DNA of 45,143 bases, taken from assembly GCF_006345805.1 (NCBI RefSeq), contig NW_021829898.1, positions 1-45,143 on the forward strand, given 5' to 3'. This DNA comes from Octopus sinensis. Its lineage: Eukaryota. A model generated the notes under the pieces. That model saw only the letters and a program-made list of their open reading frames with translations, was not told the origin of the DNA and did no database searches. The translations under genes were made by a program, and so were the position numbers. Positions 1-11,356 of the stretch are shown here, piece after piece (the first letter of the stretch is position 1; each line of letters opens with the position of its first letter).

Positions 1-143
1 GTTCTGTTTACCAAATCCACTCACAAGGCTTTGGTCGGCCCGAGGATATAGTAGAAGACACTTGCCCAAGGTTCCAAGTGGAACTGAACCCGGAACCATG
101 TGACTGATAAGCAAGCTACTTACTACACAGACACTCCTGCGCC
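1..143 (-). mobile_element. tRNA-derived SINE (family B), 5' part, cut by the window edge
   Basis: Reverse complement of the head ggcgcaggagtg(g)ctgtgtggtaagtagcttgctt..., matching the full copies at 35044-35460 and 43388-43800. Confidence 0.85.
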
Positions 144-276
144 TATATATTTTCTTATAATATGAAGACATGTTTTATCAATTGCATAGCATGTCACATG
201 TTTCTATCTTTAAATGTCCCTAGACCTCGCGAGTTAAGACTTCTTGAGTACAGCTTGTATAAGTTAAAGCGAAAGC

Positions 277-277
<1 letters not shown>

Positions 278-346
<69 letters not shown>
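278..346. repeat. (TAA)n microsatellite, left flank of the RLE LINE
   Basis: Pure TAA run. Confidence 0.95.
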
Positions 347-853
347 GATGGTATAGGTACACGCCAGAAAAGGTCACAGAAAACGAGAAAGCAACCATAC
401 TCTGGGCTATGCCAATACACACAGATAGAGAAATTAAGGCCAATAGGCCAGATATAGTTGTCAGAGATCATGAAGAAAAAAAATGCTTTCTAATTGATGT
501 ATCAATTCCAACAGATGACAACGTTTCTCTAAAAGAAATGGAGAAACTTTCAAAATACAAAGACCTGGAAATAGAGGTAACTCGAATGTGGAATCCAAAA
601 ACAGAAACAATTCCTATCATAGTGGGCGCATTAGGTATTAAATATTCAAACAAATACGTAACCAAAAAACAGGACTAACAAGTATATATAACACACAGAA
701 AATTGCACTACTGGGCACTGCACACATCCTACGCAAAATACTTTCAATACAGTAACCATAATAGCATCACAGCAAACCACAGCATATACCCAAGGCACAC
801 AGAGCTGTGCTCGGTAGTGAAATGAAAGCACGCTATAAAAATAAAACTACTGC

Positions 854-854
<1 letters not shown>
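347..854 (+). mobile_element. 5'-truncated R4/Dong-like non-LTR retrotransposon (restriction-like endonuclease domain plus 3' UTR)
   Basis: Translation WYRYTPEKVTENEKATILW..HTDREIKANRPDIVV..CFLIDVSIP..EKLSKYKDL..W..IPIIVGALG, then after a frameshift KIALLGTAHILRKIL. This is the PD-(D/E)xK RLE signature. TAA repeats lie on both sides. Confidence 0.85.
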
Positions 855-920
<66 letters not shown>

Positions 921-963
921 CAACAACAATAACAACAACAATAACAACAACAACAACAACAAC
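855..963. repeat. (TAA)n then (CAA)n microsatellite
   Basis: Direct reading. Confidence 0.95.
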
Positions 964-1110
964 GAAAAATACCTTAGGAATGAGAACCCAAGTTCGAAAT
1001 TTCCCCAAGACACTTGATGAAGGCTGGAGGGTATATCAGCCGAAACGTTGTGTTAACAACAAACAAAATAAGGACAAATATCCGTCAAATGTAAATAATG
1101 TAAATAATGT
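964..1110 (+). mobile_element. Penelope-like terminal-repeat remnant with a minimal hammerhead-like motif (1009-1055)
   Basis: GACAC-TTGATGA-A-GGCTG(gagggtatat)CAGCC-GAAA-CGTT-GTGTT: stem I, a core with C3U, a 5-bp stem II and a palindromic AACGTT stem III. Confidence 0.65.
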
Positions 1111-1254
1111 ATATGGTTGATACATTTGTACACAACTCACTAGTGATGTATAAATATCCAAACTCGTATTCATTTTCCTGCAGAACATAGTTTCGATCTA
1201 CGGACATGTTTGTTATAGGCCCAACACATGTTCCACTCCTAGTGGTGCCCTTCC

Positions 1255-2610
1255 GTTAAACAAGGGTGCATTTTGCGCCATAAGCCAATATAAAAGTTTC
1301 TCTCATATCTATCACAGTGTAGTTTGGCTCTAACAGAACATCCACCTTTAAGTAGGAATAAATCTTACCAGCTAATTGGCTAACTGCGACACCAGTGCCG
1401 GTTCTGGCAATATCAATCTATATATTGCTGACTCTAATAGTCGCTGCCTCTAACGGTCGAGTGTCCATCATTGACAAGACCAAACAAGGTCGAAATCAAG
1501 TGAGCTGGTGGTCTCGGTGTTGGAGGTAAGAGGGGTTTATCTCCCCGCCATTGATATAAACAACTGTGCATTTTCTGCCAAAAAGTCAATATGGGAGTTA
1601 CTCTCGTGATAACTACTGCAGTATAGTTTGTTCTTATAGAACATCCACGTTTACGTAAGGATAAATATTGCCTCTCAATATTAATGCTGCCTCTGTCGCT
1701 AATATATATTTTTTTAACAGGCTAATTGGCTAACTGCGACACCAGTGCCGGTTGTGGCACTGTCAATCTATATATTGCTGACTCTAACAGTCGCTGCCTC
1801 TAACGGTCGAGTGTCCATCATTGACAAGACCAAACAAGGTCGAAATCACGTGATCTGGTGGTCTCGGTGTTGGAGGTAACAGGATTTATCTCCCCGCCAT
1901 TGATATAAACAACTGTGCATTTTCTGCCAAAAAGTCAATATGGGAGTTACTCTCGTGATAACTACTGCAGTATAGTTTGTTCTTATAGAACATCCACGTT
2001 TACGTAAGGATGAATATTGCCTCTCAATATTAATGCTGCCTCTGTCGCTAATATATTTTTTTTAACAAGCTAATTGGCTAACTGCAGCACCAGTGCCGGT
2101 TCTGGCACTGTCAATCTATATATTGCTGACCCTAACGGTCGCTGTCTCCAACGGTCGATTGTCCATCATTGACAAGACCAAACAAGGTCGAAATCATGTG
2201 AGCTGGTGGTCTCGGCGTTGGAGGTAAGAGAAATTTATCTCCCCGCCATTGATATAAACAACTGTGCATTTTACGCCAAAAAGTCAATATGGGAGTTACC
2301 CTCGTGATAACTACCACAGTATAGTTTGTTCTAATAAAAATATTGGGTTGTCCGGAAAGTTCGTGCCGATTTTTAAAGGAAAGAAAAAGGTCAATAAATA
2401 CTTGCCATTACATTTTTAATCAACCAAATATGAACCATTTTGTTGCACAATGCGTCTCCATCTTTCCTTTAACTTGAAAATGCCCTCTTCCCAGAATTGA
2501 GGTACCTGGAAGGGTAAGTCGAAAGGTAAGTTACTATAAATCGTCACGAACTTTCCGGACAACCCAATATTTCCTCTCAATATTAAAACTGCCTCTATCG
2601 CTAATATACA
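1255..2610. repeat. ~349-bp tandem repeat: three well-conserved units plus a diverged partial unit; the third unit is interrupted by a mariner
   Basis: gctaattggctaactgc recurs at 1371, 1721 and 2069; the unit resumes after 2569 (tt[g/t]cctctcaatatt). Confidence 0.9.
2343..2567 (-). mobile_element. 225-bp internally deleted mariner (MITE-like)
   Basis: TIRs ttgggttgtccggaaagttcgtg / cacgaactttccggacaacccaa; TA duplication at 2341-2342 and 2568-2569; encodes the transposase C-terminus PQFWEEGIFKLKERWRRIVQQNGSYLVD. Confidence 0.95.
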
Positions 2611-3029
2611 ATTAGTAAAATCACAATACATCCTGCAGCACTGGAATGTTAATTTACTTACTAAAAGGCAATATTTCTCTCCGCTGATAGTCCGAGGTGT
2701 TGCCTTTTTTTTTAGGTAGGGCGTATCGCATTAGCCATTTTGAGACAAGCCAGAAACAAATCAATTCTATGAATACTTTCTCCAGCGCAGCGTAGCAAGC
2801 GAGCTTGTTAGTAACTGCTACTGCTATGATGACAATAACCACTAATACCGCCGCTACTGTTACTGTAAGCAGGTCATTGTCCACCGGATGCCAATTACTA
2901 TGAGGTTACAAACGTTCAAACGTTTGGCAGTGATCAGTTTGAGTAATGGTCGGTCTGGAAACAAAAACACAATTTCACTGTGCTCTCCAGCGAATGGCAT
3001 GGGATTGGAATATATCTGTCTAATTTTAC

Positions 3030-3065
<36 letters not shown>

Positions 3066-3072
3066 GTGTGTG

Positions 3073-3122
<50 letters not shown>

Positions 3123-3207
3123 CGTGTGTGTGTGCTTGTGTGTTCATGCTTTTATGCCAGAACAAGGCTTGGCAGCTAGCCAAACGTATGAATGCTACTG
3201 CCTGTGT

Positions 3208-3288
<81 letters not shown>

Positions 3289-3317
3289 CATATATATATA
3301 TGTATATTATTTTCTTT

Positions 3318-3510
3318 TACTCTTTTACCTGTTTCAGTCGTTAGACTGCGGTCATGCTGGGGCACTGCCTGAAGAATTTTTAGTCGAACGAGTCGACCCC
3401 CCGCTACTTTTCTTTACAGCCTAGTACTTATTCGATTGGTATCTTTACCGACACTGCCTAATTTACTAGGACATAAATGCATCAACACCGGTTGTCAAGC
3501 GGTGAAGGGG
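3318..3510 (-). mobile_element. SINE family B, 3' half, degraded
   Basis: ttttacctgtttcagtc..gactgcggtcatgctggggcac..caacaccggttgtcaagcgg matches 31809-32000. Confidence 0.7.
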
Positions 3511-3530
3511 GACAAACAAATACACAGATT

Positions 3531-3561
<31 letters not shown>

Positions 3562-3573
3562 TTATATATATAT

Positions 3574-3617
<44 letters not shown>

Positions 3618-4446
3618 AAACACACTATATATTTTTACGAGCTACTTATAGTTTCTTGTGATGAACAGCATTTGTAACACGTCTAGTGCTTTCATGGCAT
3701 CTTCAGGTTCTACCCACATAGCGTAACAAGCTAAAGCAAGACGATAGGATAAGAGAAAATACGAGAAAAGACGAGCAGGAAAGAGATGTAAATGTTGGAC
3801 GGCTGAAAATACCGGAAGGCGAAAAGAAGACAAAATAAAGAAAGAGTGAAAGAAATGACCGTAAATTCATAAGGCTAAATTGATAGGGGCCTCGAGTCTG
3901 CGGTACAGCTGCTCAATTCGGAGAGCGTGGTATTTTCCAGTTCACCAAAAGGAACTTATCCATATGTTTACACCCGCCAAAACATTCCGGTTCTGGAATT
4001 CGGCAATTTTTCATAAGATTATAAAACAAGTAACGGGCACATATCGGGGTTTCTTACATGTTGCAAATATAACTAGCAACACCGTAAATTTTTTTCAACT
4101 ATTTTTTAAAATTCATAAATATTCATTGATGACTACTTTACCGCCGATGAGTCTTAATTATTCCGAAACATTTCTACAGTTGTCTCCCCAACTCATCGAA
4201 AAATAATTCGAGTTTATGTTTTCTTACATCCTCAACATATAAGTATTTCTACTTCGACATTTCATATTTTGTTGTATTTCGGGATGGTGATTTTTTTCCA
4301 AATAAATACACGCACTTTTTATATTCATTTTTATTAAATAGATTAATGCTAAGAATTAGAAAAGTATTACAGATTTTCAATGTCCCGCTCACTTATTGAT
4401 TTTACAGGAAAACTATTTCGTTTTAAATTTTGGCATATAACAAGCA

Positions 4447-4620
4447 ATTTCTTGAAAGGGTTAAGTCGATTACATCGCCCATAGTGCTCAACTGGTACTT
4501 ATTTTATCGACCACGATAGGATGGAAGGCAAAATCGACCTCTGCGGGATTTGAACTCAAAACGTAAAGACGTATGAAATGCCTCTCAGCATTTCGCCCGG
4601 CGTGCTAACGATTTCACCAC
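4447..4620 (-). mobile_element. SINE family A, degraded
   Basis: aagtcgattacatcg..aactggtactta..aaggcaaa.tcgacctc..gatttgaactca..gcatttcgcccggcgtgctaacgatt. Confidence 0.75.
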
Positions 4621-4677
4621 AGTGATTTATAATGGGCGCTACGACTTCAAATTTGTGATGGAAAGCGGTCGATTATA

Positions 4678-5430
4678 CATTAATCCCTCGATATACGAGT
4701 TAATTTGTTCCCGGAGATTGCTCATAAAGCGAAAACTCTTAAACCAGGGCAATAATTTCCTAAAATAGCAATGTTATAAATCGTAATTCGTTCCCAGGAA
4801 AAATATTTTACCAATAAAATTTATAATGCTTGTGAATAAATAGCAATAAAACAACAGTAGAATGTAAAGAATATTTTATGTAAAGTAAAAAGAATGTGAA
4901 GATCATTTATAAATAAATATATTATTATTATAATCGTTTCCTAAATCACTTTTAATCGAACTAGACTCGGACACACCATCACTTTTAAACGCGATTGCCG
5001 ATTCACAAGCACTTGTGGACAGACTTGTAGATTCCTTTGTGAAAAACAAGTCTAAAGCGTGATGGCTTTTCGCTTCTTTTTGTTCCCGTTTGTGTCCGTT
5101 GTACACTTTCGTTTAAACATATTAGGTGGGTTTTGCAAATGCCGAAAAGAATATTGTAAACACACGTATACAATATTAAATATGTGGCACGACGAATTAG
5201 CTTATAATAATCTTTCTCAACAAAGCGCATGTGCAAACTAAGACATTCAAATTTTATGCCATCATTTTACGCTGTGACTCTATGCAGCTGTGTCGACGCT
5301 TGAGAACCAGTGTTGCCACATGTTGCGACATTGCTACACATACAAAATGGCTGTTTAACTTTTTTATGTATATTATGAGATAAAACTCGTAAATCCGGTG
5401 TTCCGTAAAGCGTGTCCACGTAAAGTGTAT
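4678..5430 (-). mobile_element. Degraded Tigger/pogo-derived non-autonomous element
   Basis: TA + ca(t)taatccctcgatatacgag end, homologous to 31064; remnant C-terminal peptide ALDLFFTKESTSLSTSACESAI shared with the 31.1-31.5 kb copy; right end is approximate. Confidence 0.6.
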
Positions 5431-5439
5431 CTATTTATA

Positions 5440-6400
5440 CTTTGAATATGCAGTCAATTTCTTTATTAACCATGAGGTTGGGAAAAAGAGGGGACGATAC
5501 GAAGAGAAACAAAACAAACATTGGGGTCAGGGAATCGAATGAGATGAAACGTATGAATAAACAATTAAAATATTGGGTTGTCCAGAAAGTTCGTGCCGAC
5601 TTTTAAAGGAAAGAAAAAGGTCAATAAATACTTGCCATTACATTTTTAATCAACCAAATATGAACCATTTTGTTGCACAATGCGTCTCCATCTTTCCTTT
5701 AACTTGAAAATACCCTCTTCCCAGAATTGAGGTAGTTTCATGGCAAAGAATTCATCAAGGTATTTTTTTACGTCATCCAAGGAACTAAAATTTTTACCAT
5801 TAAGACTATTCTGCAGAGACGTGAATAAGTGGAAATCCGAAGGAGCAATATCTGGTGAATATGGAGGGTGGAGTAACACATCCCAGCCGAGCTGCAGCAA
5901 TTTTTGCCTGGTTCCCAAAGCATCAAGTGCCGAAAATGAACTTTCTTATCTTCCATTTTAAAAGGTTACAGAATTAACACAGGTTATAGGAACATAAACC
6001 TTCTTCCACGAAAAGATAGCTTAAATTGTGCTCTAAATGGTAGGTGTAGTCAAATCCTATTTTATGGACTCAACCATGTTCTAAAATAAGTCGAAATCGG
6101 CACGAAATTTCCGGACAACCTAATTTACACAATGAGTGATTTACAAAAAATGGAGCGGAGGACGCGGTCGACCCCACAAACCATATACTCACACTGAAGA
6201 CGTTGCTTTGTCCTTTTATTGGTTCTCGTTTAGACAGGTTCTTTCACTCGCAACATCCTTGCAACAGACTTCCATTTTTTACGAAACACACTTTGCGACA
6301 GGCATTTCTTCTCCAGCCTTAATTTTCCGTTTCATGTGGAAAACGAAAAAGTCGATTAGCTCGAGACTTGAGATGAACATGCCTGTTGCAATTCCTTTCC
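5440..6400 (-). repeat. Dispersed repeat homologous to 40190-41165 (single-unit version of the 147-bp satellite), interrupted by a mariner
   Basis: Reverse complement of 6130-6370 aligns with 40200-40430; reverse complement of 5440-5570 aligns with the last satellite unit (..caacctcatggttaataaagaaattgactg). Confidence 0.85.
5573..6123 (-). mobile_element. Internally deleted mariner (Tc1/mariner, mellifera-subfamily-like)
   Basis: TIRs present with TA at 5571-5572; N-terminal MEDKKVHFRHLMLWE fused out of frame to C-terminal GTRQKLLQLGWDVLLHPPYSPDIAPSDFHLF..WRRIVQQNGSYLVD (YSPDxAPxD motif). Confidence 0.95.
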
Positions 6401-6789
6401 CTCTCGTCTTCCATACTACCTCTTTCGCAACAGCAACTACCGAGAGAAAACAGGCTCGCTCCTCCCTATTCAGAGAGGGCGGCGGAATGATCTTAATTAC
6501 AGATTCACTCGACAGCTGTACTCTTCTCGAATGCGACAACGGGTATTATGGATTATCGTACAAAAGAGTAATATGTTTTAGAGAAGACTCATAGCGTCAC
6601 AAGGTATAATGTTTACGTGTGACAGATTTCCGTCCAAGCCATAAAACTACATATTATGTCTGACACAGCAAATGTTTTAATAGCAATTGTGTTAGGTCTT
6701 GTTTGTTTTGTTTTGTTTTGTTTGGTCTTGTTTCTTTTTTATTTTGCACATTTAAATGCAATGTTAATTATGTTTAAGCCTATCCAGGA

Positions 6790-7110
6790 GTAGGCATGGG
6801 TATGTGGATAAGAAACCAGCTTTACGAGCTCGTAGTTTCGAGTTCAATCTCACTGCATGGGACCTTGGGCTCTAGCCTTCTACCAGAGCCTCGAGCACAC
6901 GAATACCTTGTGAGTGAATTTGCTAGGCGGAAACTGAAAGAAGCTCGTCGTATATATGTGTGTATGTGAGTGTGTGGAGATGTTTATGTGAGTGTTTTAT
7001 CACCGATAGAATAAGTTCTAGACTTACAAAGAATAAGTTCTGGGGGTCTATTTCTTGGGCAGTGCTCCAGCATGGCCATTGTCAAATGACTAAAACAAAT
7101 AGAAGAATAG
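6790..7110 (+). mobile_element. SINE family B, degraded
   Basis: Patchy similarity along the length to 35044-35460. Confidence 0.65.
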
Positions 7111-7310
7111 GCGGCGGTAATTTGGCAGAATCATTAGCACACCGGACAAAATGCTTAGTGACATTTCTATCCGACTTAACCTTTTAAGTTTAAATGCCGG
7201 CGGGGTCGACTTAGCCTTTCATACTTTCGAGGTCGATAAAATAAGGACCAGTTGAGCACTAGTGTTGGTGCAATCAAGTTACTCCTTCCCCCGAAATTGC
7301 TGGCCTTGTA
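7111..7310 (+). mobile_element. SINE family A, degraded
   Basis: ggcgg..tggcagaatcattagcacaccggacaaaatgcttag..gggtcgacttagcctttcat..tcgataaaataag.accagtt. Confidence 0.7.
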
Positions 7311-7434
7311 CACATTTTTTCTCTCTAATTTTTTTCGTTCTCTCTCCACTCTTCTTCTCAACCTTTTCTGTCAAAAAGCGTAGGTTCGAAACGTCAAAGA
7401 CTTTTTTCATTGTTCCCGTGCCACAAATTTGCAA

Positions 7435-8221
7435 AGGTACTAAAATAATAATTTTTTCTACACTGGGCACAAGGCCTGAAATTTTGGTGGGGAGGGGTCA
7501 GTCGATTACATCGATCACAGTGTGTAACTGGTACTTAATTATCGATCCCGAAGGAAGGAAAGGCAAAGTCGACCTTGGCACAATTTGTACTCAGAATGTA
7601 GCGGCAGACGAAATACCACTAAGCATTTCGCCCGGCATGCCAACGATTCTGCCAGCCCGCCACCTTTAATAATAATCCTTTCTAATATAGGCACAAGGCC
7701 TGGAATTTTGGTGGGGAGGGGCCAGTTGATTAGATTGACTCCACCCCGAAAGGATGAAAGTCGACTTCGGCGGAATTTGAGATCAGAACGTAAAGACAGA
7801 CGAAATGTCTATTTCTTTACTACCCACAAGGGGTTAAACACAGAGGGGACAGACAAACGGATTAAGTCGATTACATCGACCCCAGTGCGTAACTGGTACT
7901 TAATTTATCGACCCCGAAAGGATGAAAGGCAAGGTCGACCTCTGCGGAATTTGAGTTCAGAAAGTAACGGCAAACGAAATACCTATTTATTTACTACCCA
8001 CAAGGGGCCAAACACAGATGGGACAAACAAGGACAGACAGACAAACGGATTAAGTCGATTATATCGACCCCAGTGCGTAACTGCTATTTATTTAATCGAT
8101 CCCGAAAGGATAAAAGGCAAAGTCGACCTCGGCGGAATTTGAACTCAGAACGTAGCGGCGGACGAAATACTGCTAAGCATATCGCCTGGCATGCTAACGT
8201 TTCTGCGAGCTCGCCGCCTTA
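7435..8221 (-). mobile_element. SINE family A concatemer (about 4 units)
   Basis: Repeated aagtcgacc(t)cggcggaatttgaactcagaacgta and tail blocks ttactacccacaagggg; head gctcgccgcctt at ~8210-8221. Confidence 0.85.
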
Positions 8222-8284
8222 AATAATAATAATAACGCTGAAGTGAAGACCAAGCATATAGTGCGTGTTTCATTGGCAAATTAT

Positions 8285-8612
8285 GACATGGCTCAGTGGT
8301 TAGAGCGTCGAGCTAAGATCGTGAGGTTCTGAGTTCGATTCCCAGACCAGGTTGTGTGTTATGTTCTTGAGCAAGACACTTTATTTCACGTTACTCCAGT
8401 TCACTCAGCTGTAGAAATTAGTTGCGATGTCACTGGTGCCAAACTGTATCGGGCCCTTTGCCTTTCCCTTGGATAACACTGGTGGCGTGGAGAGGAGGCC
8501 GGTATGCATGGGTGACTGCTAGTCTTCCATAAAACAACCTTGCCCGGATTTGTCCTGGGAGGGTAACTTTCTAGGTGCAATCCTATGATCAGTCATGACC
8601 GAAGGGGGTCTC
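8285..8612 (+). mobile_element. tRNA-derived SINE (family C)
   Basis: A-box tggctcagtggttagagcg, B-box gagttcgattccc, central ttcttgagcaagacactttatttcacgtt.ctccagt.cactcagctg shared with family E. Confidence 0.75.
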
Positions 8613-8632
8613 CGCAGCATATATATATATAT

Positions 8633-8666
<34 letters not shown>

Positions 8667-9672
8667 CACGTTTAAGGTAACTGTTTTTTATACTTTTAGC
8701 TTGGTGGTCAATTGTATAGCCTTCCTTCGTGGCTAAAAGATTTAAAAGGTCCTTATCAGAGCTGTCTTTTCTTTAATCCTTCTACTAACATACACTGGAT
8801 GTCGATATTAAATCGAATATATATCTCTCCTATAATCGTATGGCTTTGTGCGAATGTAAGAAATCAATAATATAATTCAGAAATCAATATGTTAGAAAAC
8901 AGTAACTAGAATCAATATTTTAAAATCGATAATTAAAAAAATCAATACTTAACATAATAAAAAATACATTATTATAATTATCATAGCAATAGTGCAGCAG
9001 AGAGAAGGCGATGATGTGAAGCAGTAAAAGAAGACGGTCGTATTAAATGCCTGCAGTACATACTTTACTCCCATACACATTGTGGGTTCGAATCGCGCAA
9101 GCTCCCACTTTTCCTTACATATTTTACAAACTGGATTAAATCAAGTACCAGTAATTAAACAGTAACTATTTCTGTCCTGAAAGTTTGGGACTCTTGATCT
9201 TTGGTTGACATAGCTATATAAACGCAGGAATGGTTGTCTGGGGAAATAATTTGCTTTGCTACTACATGGCTTCGGGTTCAGACCCACTGCGGGGCACCTT
9301 GGTAGAAGGTCTTCTGCTATAGCCCTCAGTTTGACAAGTACCTTCTGGGTGCTTTTAGTAGATGGAAACTGTGTGGAATTCCATAGGCAGATATGGTTTT
9401 TTTTAACACCTTTTACTATAAGAAAGAATTTTTTTCTCCATGGTACCTGAAGTGAATTTGGCTTTAGAAGTTCAAATATCTCACAAGCATATTTCAACAA
9501 ACCTAAAGTTCGCTCCTCTGTGTGTGTGTGTGTGGTGTGTGTGTGTGTGTGTGTGTGTGTGGTGTGTTTTTGTGTGGGGGGGTGTCTGTGTGTGTGTGTC
9601 TGTCTGTCTGTGTGTCTGCCTCTGTGTGTGTGTCTGTGTGTAGATAGATAGATAAATAGATAGACAGATAAC

Positions 9673-10131
9673 AGCCATCTGTGTATTATATTTAAAGTAT
9701 ACACATTATCGATAGGCCAATTACTGCAGCATTTGTCCAGAGGTAATGTGTCTTATGGACTTGCTGTGTTAAAAACACCATAAATATCAGAGAGAGGCGA
9801 AAATACGTCGCAGCAGCAGACATCGAAAGTGCTAAATGCATTTCGGTTAGTTGGGGCTTTTTCAATGGCACGTACTCGCAGCCAGCCACATACTCGGACG
9901 ACAAAAATTCATTGTCTTTGATGTAGGAAAAAGTGACTGAAATATTCACTGATGTTGCGAATAGCCGCCGGGCTGAATAAAAATCCGGTATACGCAATAG
10001 AAGCAGTATTTAATTAATATAGCAATCTATGTGTCGTACTTGATGAATATTCACTGTTGACAGATCAGTTACTACAGTATTTATCCTTTAATAAGATCTC
10101 ATATGGACTTGCTGTGTTAAAAACACAATAG
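9673..10131 (+). pseudogene. Possible degraded coding sequence: two copies of a 36-aa peptide; the second is preceded by a class I SAM-methyltransferase-like motif
   Basis: SHLCIIFKVYTLSIGQLLQHLSRGNVSYGLAVLKTP* versus SNLCVVLDEYSLLTDQLLQYLSFNKISYGLAVLKTQ*, gap-free with many synonymous changes; upstream FIVFDVG..(frameshift)..KYSLMLRIAAGLNKNPVYAIEA. Confidence 0.4.
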
Positions 10132-11356
10132 AGAGAGGGGGGAGTGAGAAAATTCAGACATTCCAACCGTAACTATCACTACTCCGTTTTCATACGCTAA
10201 ATGATGTTCTAAGTTAAAAGAAAATTTGCTGATATTTCTCACAAATCTAACAATGACTATGTTTAGAGAGAATTTTTGGTTGGTTTTCTTTATTTTGAAA
10301 GATAAAGAGAAGCTATTAAACCCAATCTTGATTTTGAATAAATTTTCTGGAGATTTGTCAAGAACGGTAACTCTGTAATTCATTGCTCACTATTTGCCTT
10401 GATTGGAGTGTACTGCTCTGATCTCATTCAAGAGATATCTATTCTGCTTTCCCTTGTAAGGAAATTCATGCCTATTTATATTTTTCTACCTTTTATTTGC
10501 TTCAGTCATTGGACTGTGGCCATGCCGGGGCACCACCTTGAAGGGTTTGGTCAAAGAAAATTTATCCCACTATTTATGCAAGTGGATACTTTTGATATAG
10601 GTGGAGTCCCTCCGAAAGGTCTTCTGAACGACTTTATTCGATAGTCTGCGTAACGGGAAGATCAGCGAGGCGCTCCAAGTTGAGCCACTACAACTCAGAA
10701 TTAAGACATTGTGCTTATTCTGTTACTTTTGCCGAACCGCTAAGTTACACGGAGCTTAAACAGCGCAGTTGGGTGGGGTGGGGTGGGGTAGAAGCAAACA
10801 TAACGCAAATCTAATTGAGGCGCGTTTCTTCATTTCTCTCTCCCGTGTATTCTTTCTGTATAATGTATGGATGGATGGATGGATGGATGGACGGACGGAC
10901 GGACGGACGGATGGACAGATGGATGGATGGATGGATGGATGGATAGGCCATGTCCTCAGAGCACGAAAATTACTTGGAGACTTTCGGCGTGTTATAGAAA
11001 TCTGCCTGGACAACTGTCTCTAAATAAGAAACTATTAGTAGCTCATAACTACATATTGTGTACCATTAAACTGTGTGTGTGTGTGTACATATATGAGTAT
11101 ATATAGATATGTGTGTGTGTGTGTATAAAGAATCCAAAAAAGAATAGACACAAAAAAAACAACGCCATATATATATATGTATATATATTTATTTATTTAT
11201 TTATTTATTTATTTCACTACGGAGCAAATAATTCACGAAAAAATAATTTGCGAAGATACCATTGATTCTGTTATTATCTAATGTAATAATTTAAAAATGA
11301 TAATAACAGAATCAATAATATAGGCAATTGCAAGCCCCCAAAACGCCTTAATAGAG

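Noticed and set aside
3880-4206. 108-aa ORF in unique sequence
   Set aside because: No recognisable motif or supporting splice structure; length is compatible with chance
8285-8360. tRNA genes (also the heads at 35044, 35976, 42032, 43185, 43388)
   Set aside because: A and B boxes are present but continue into SINE bodies; no complete cloverleaf seen
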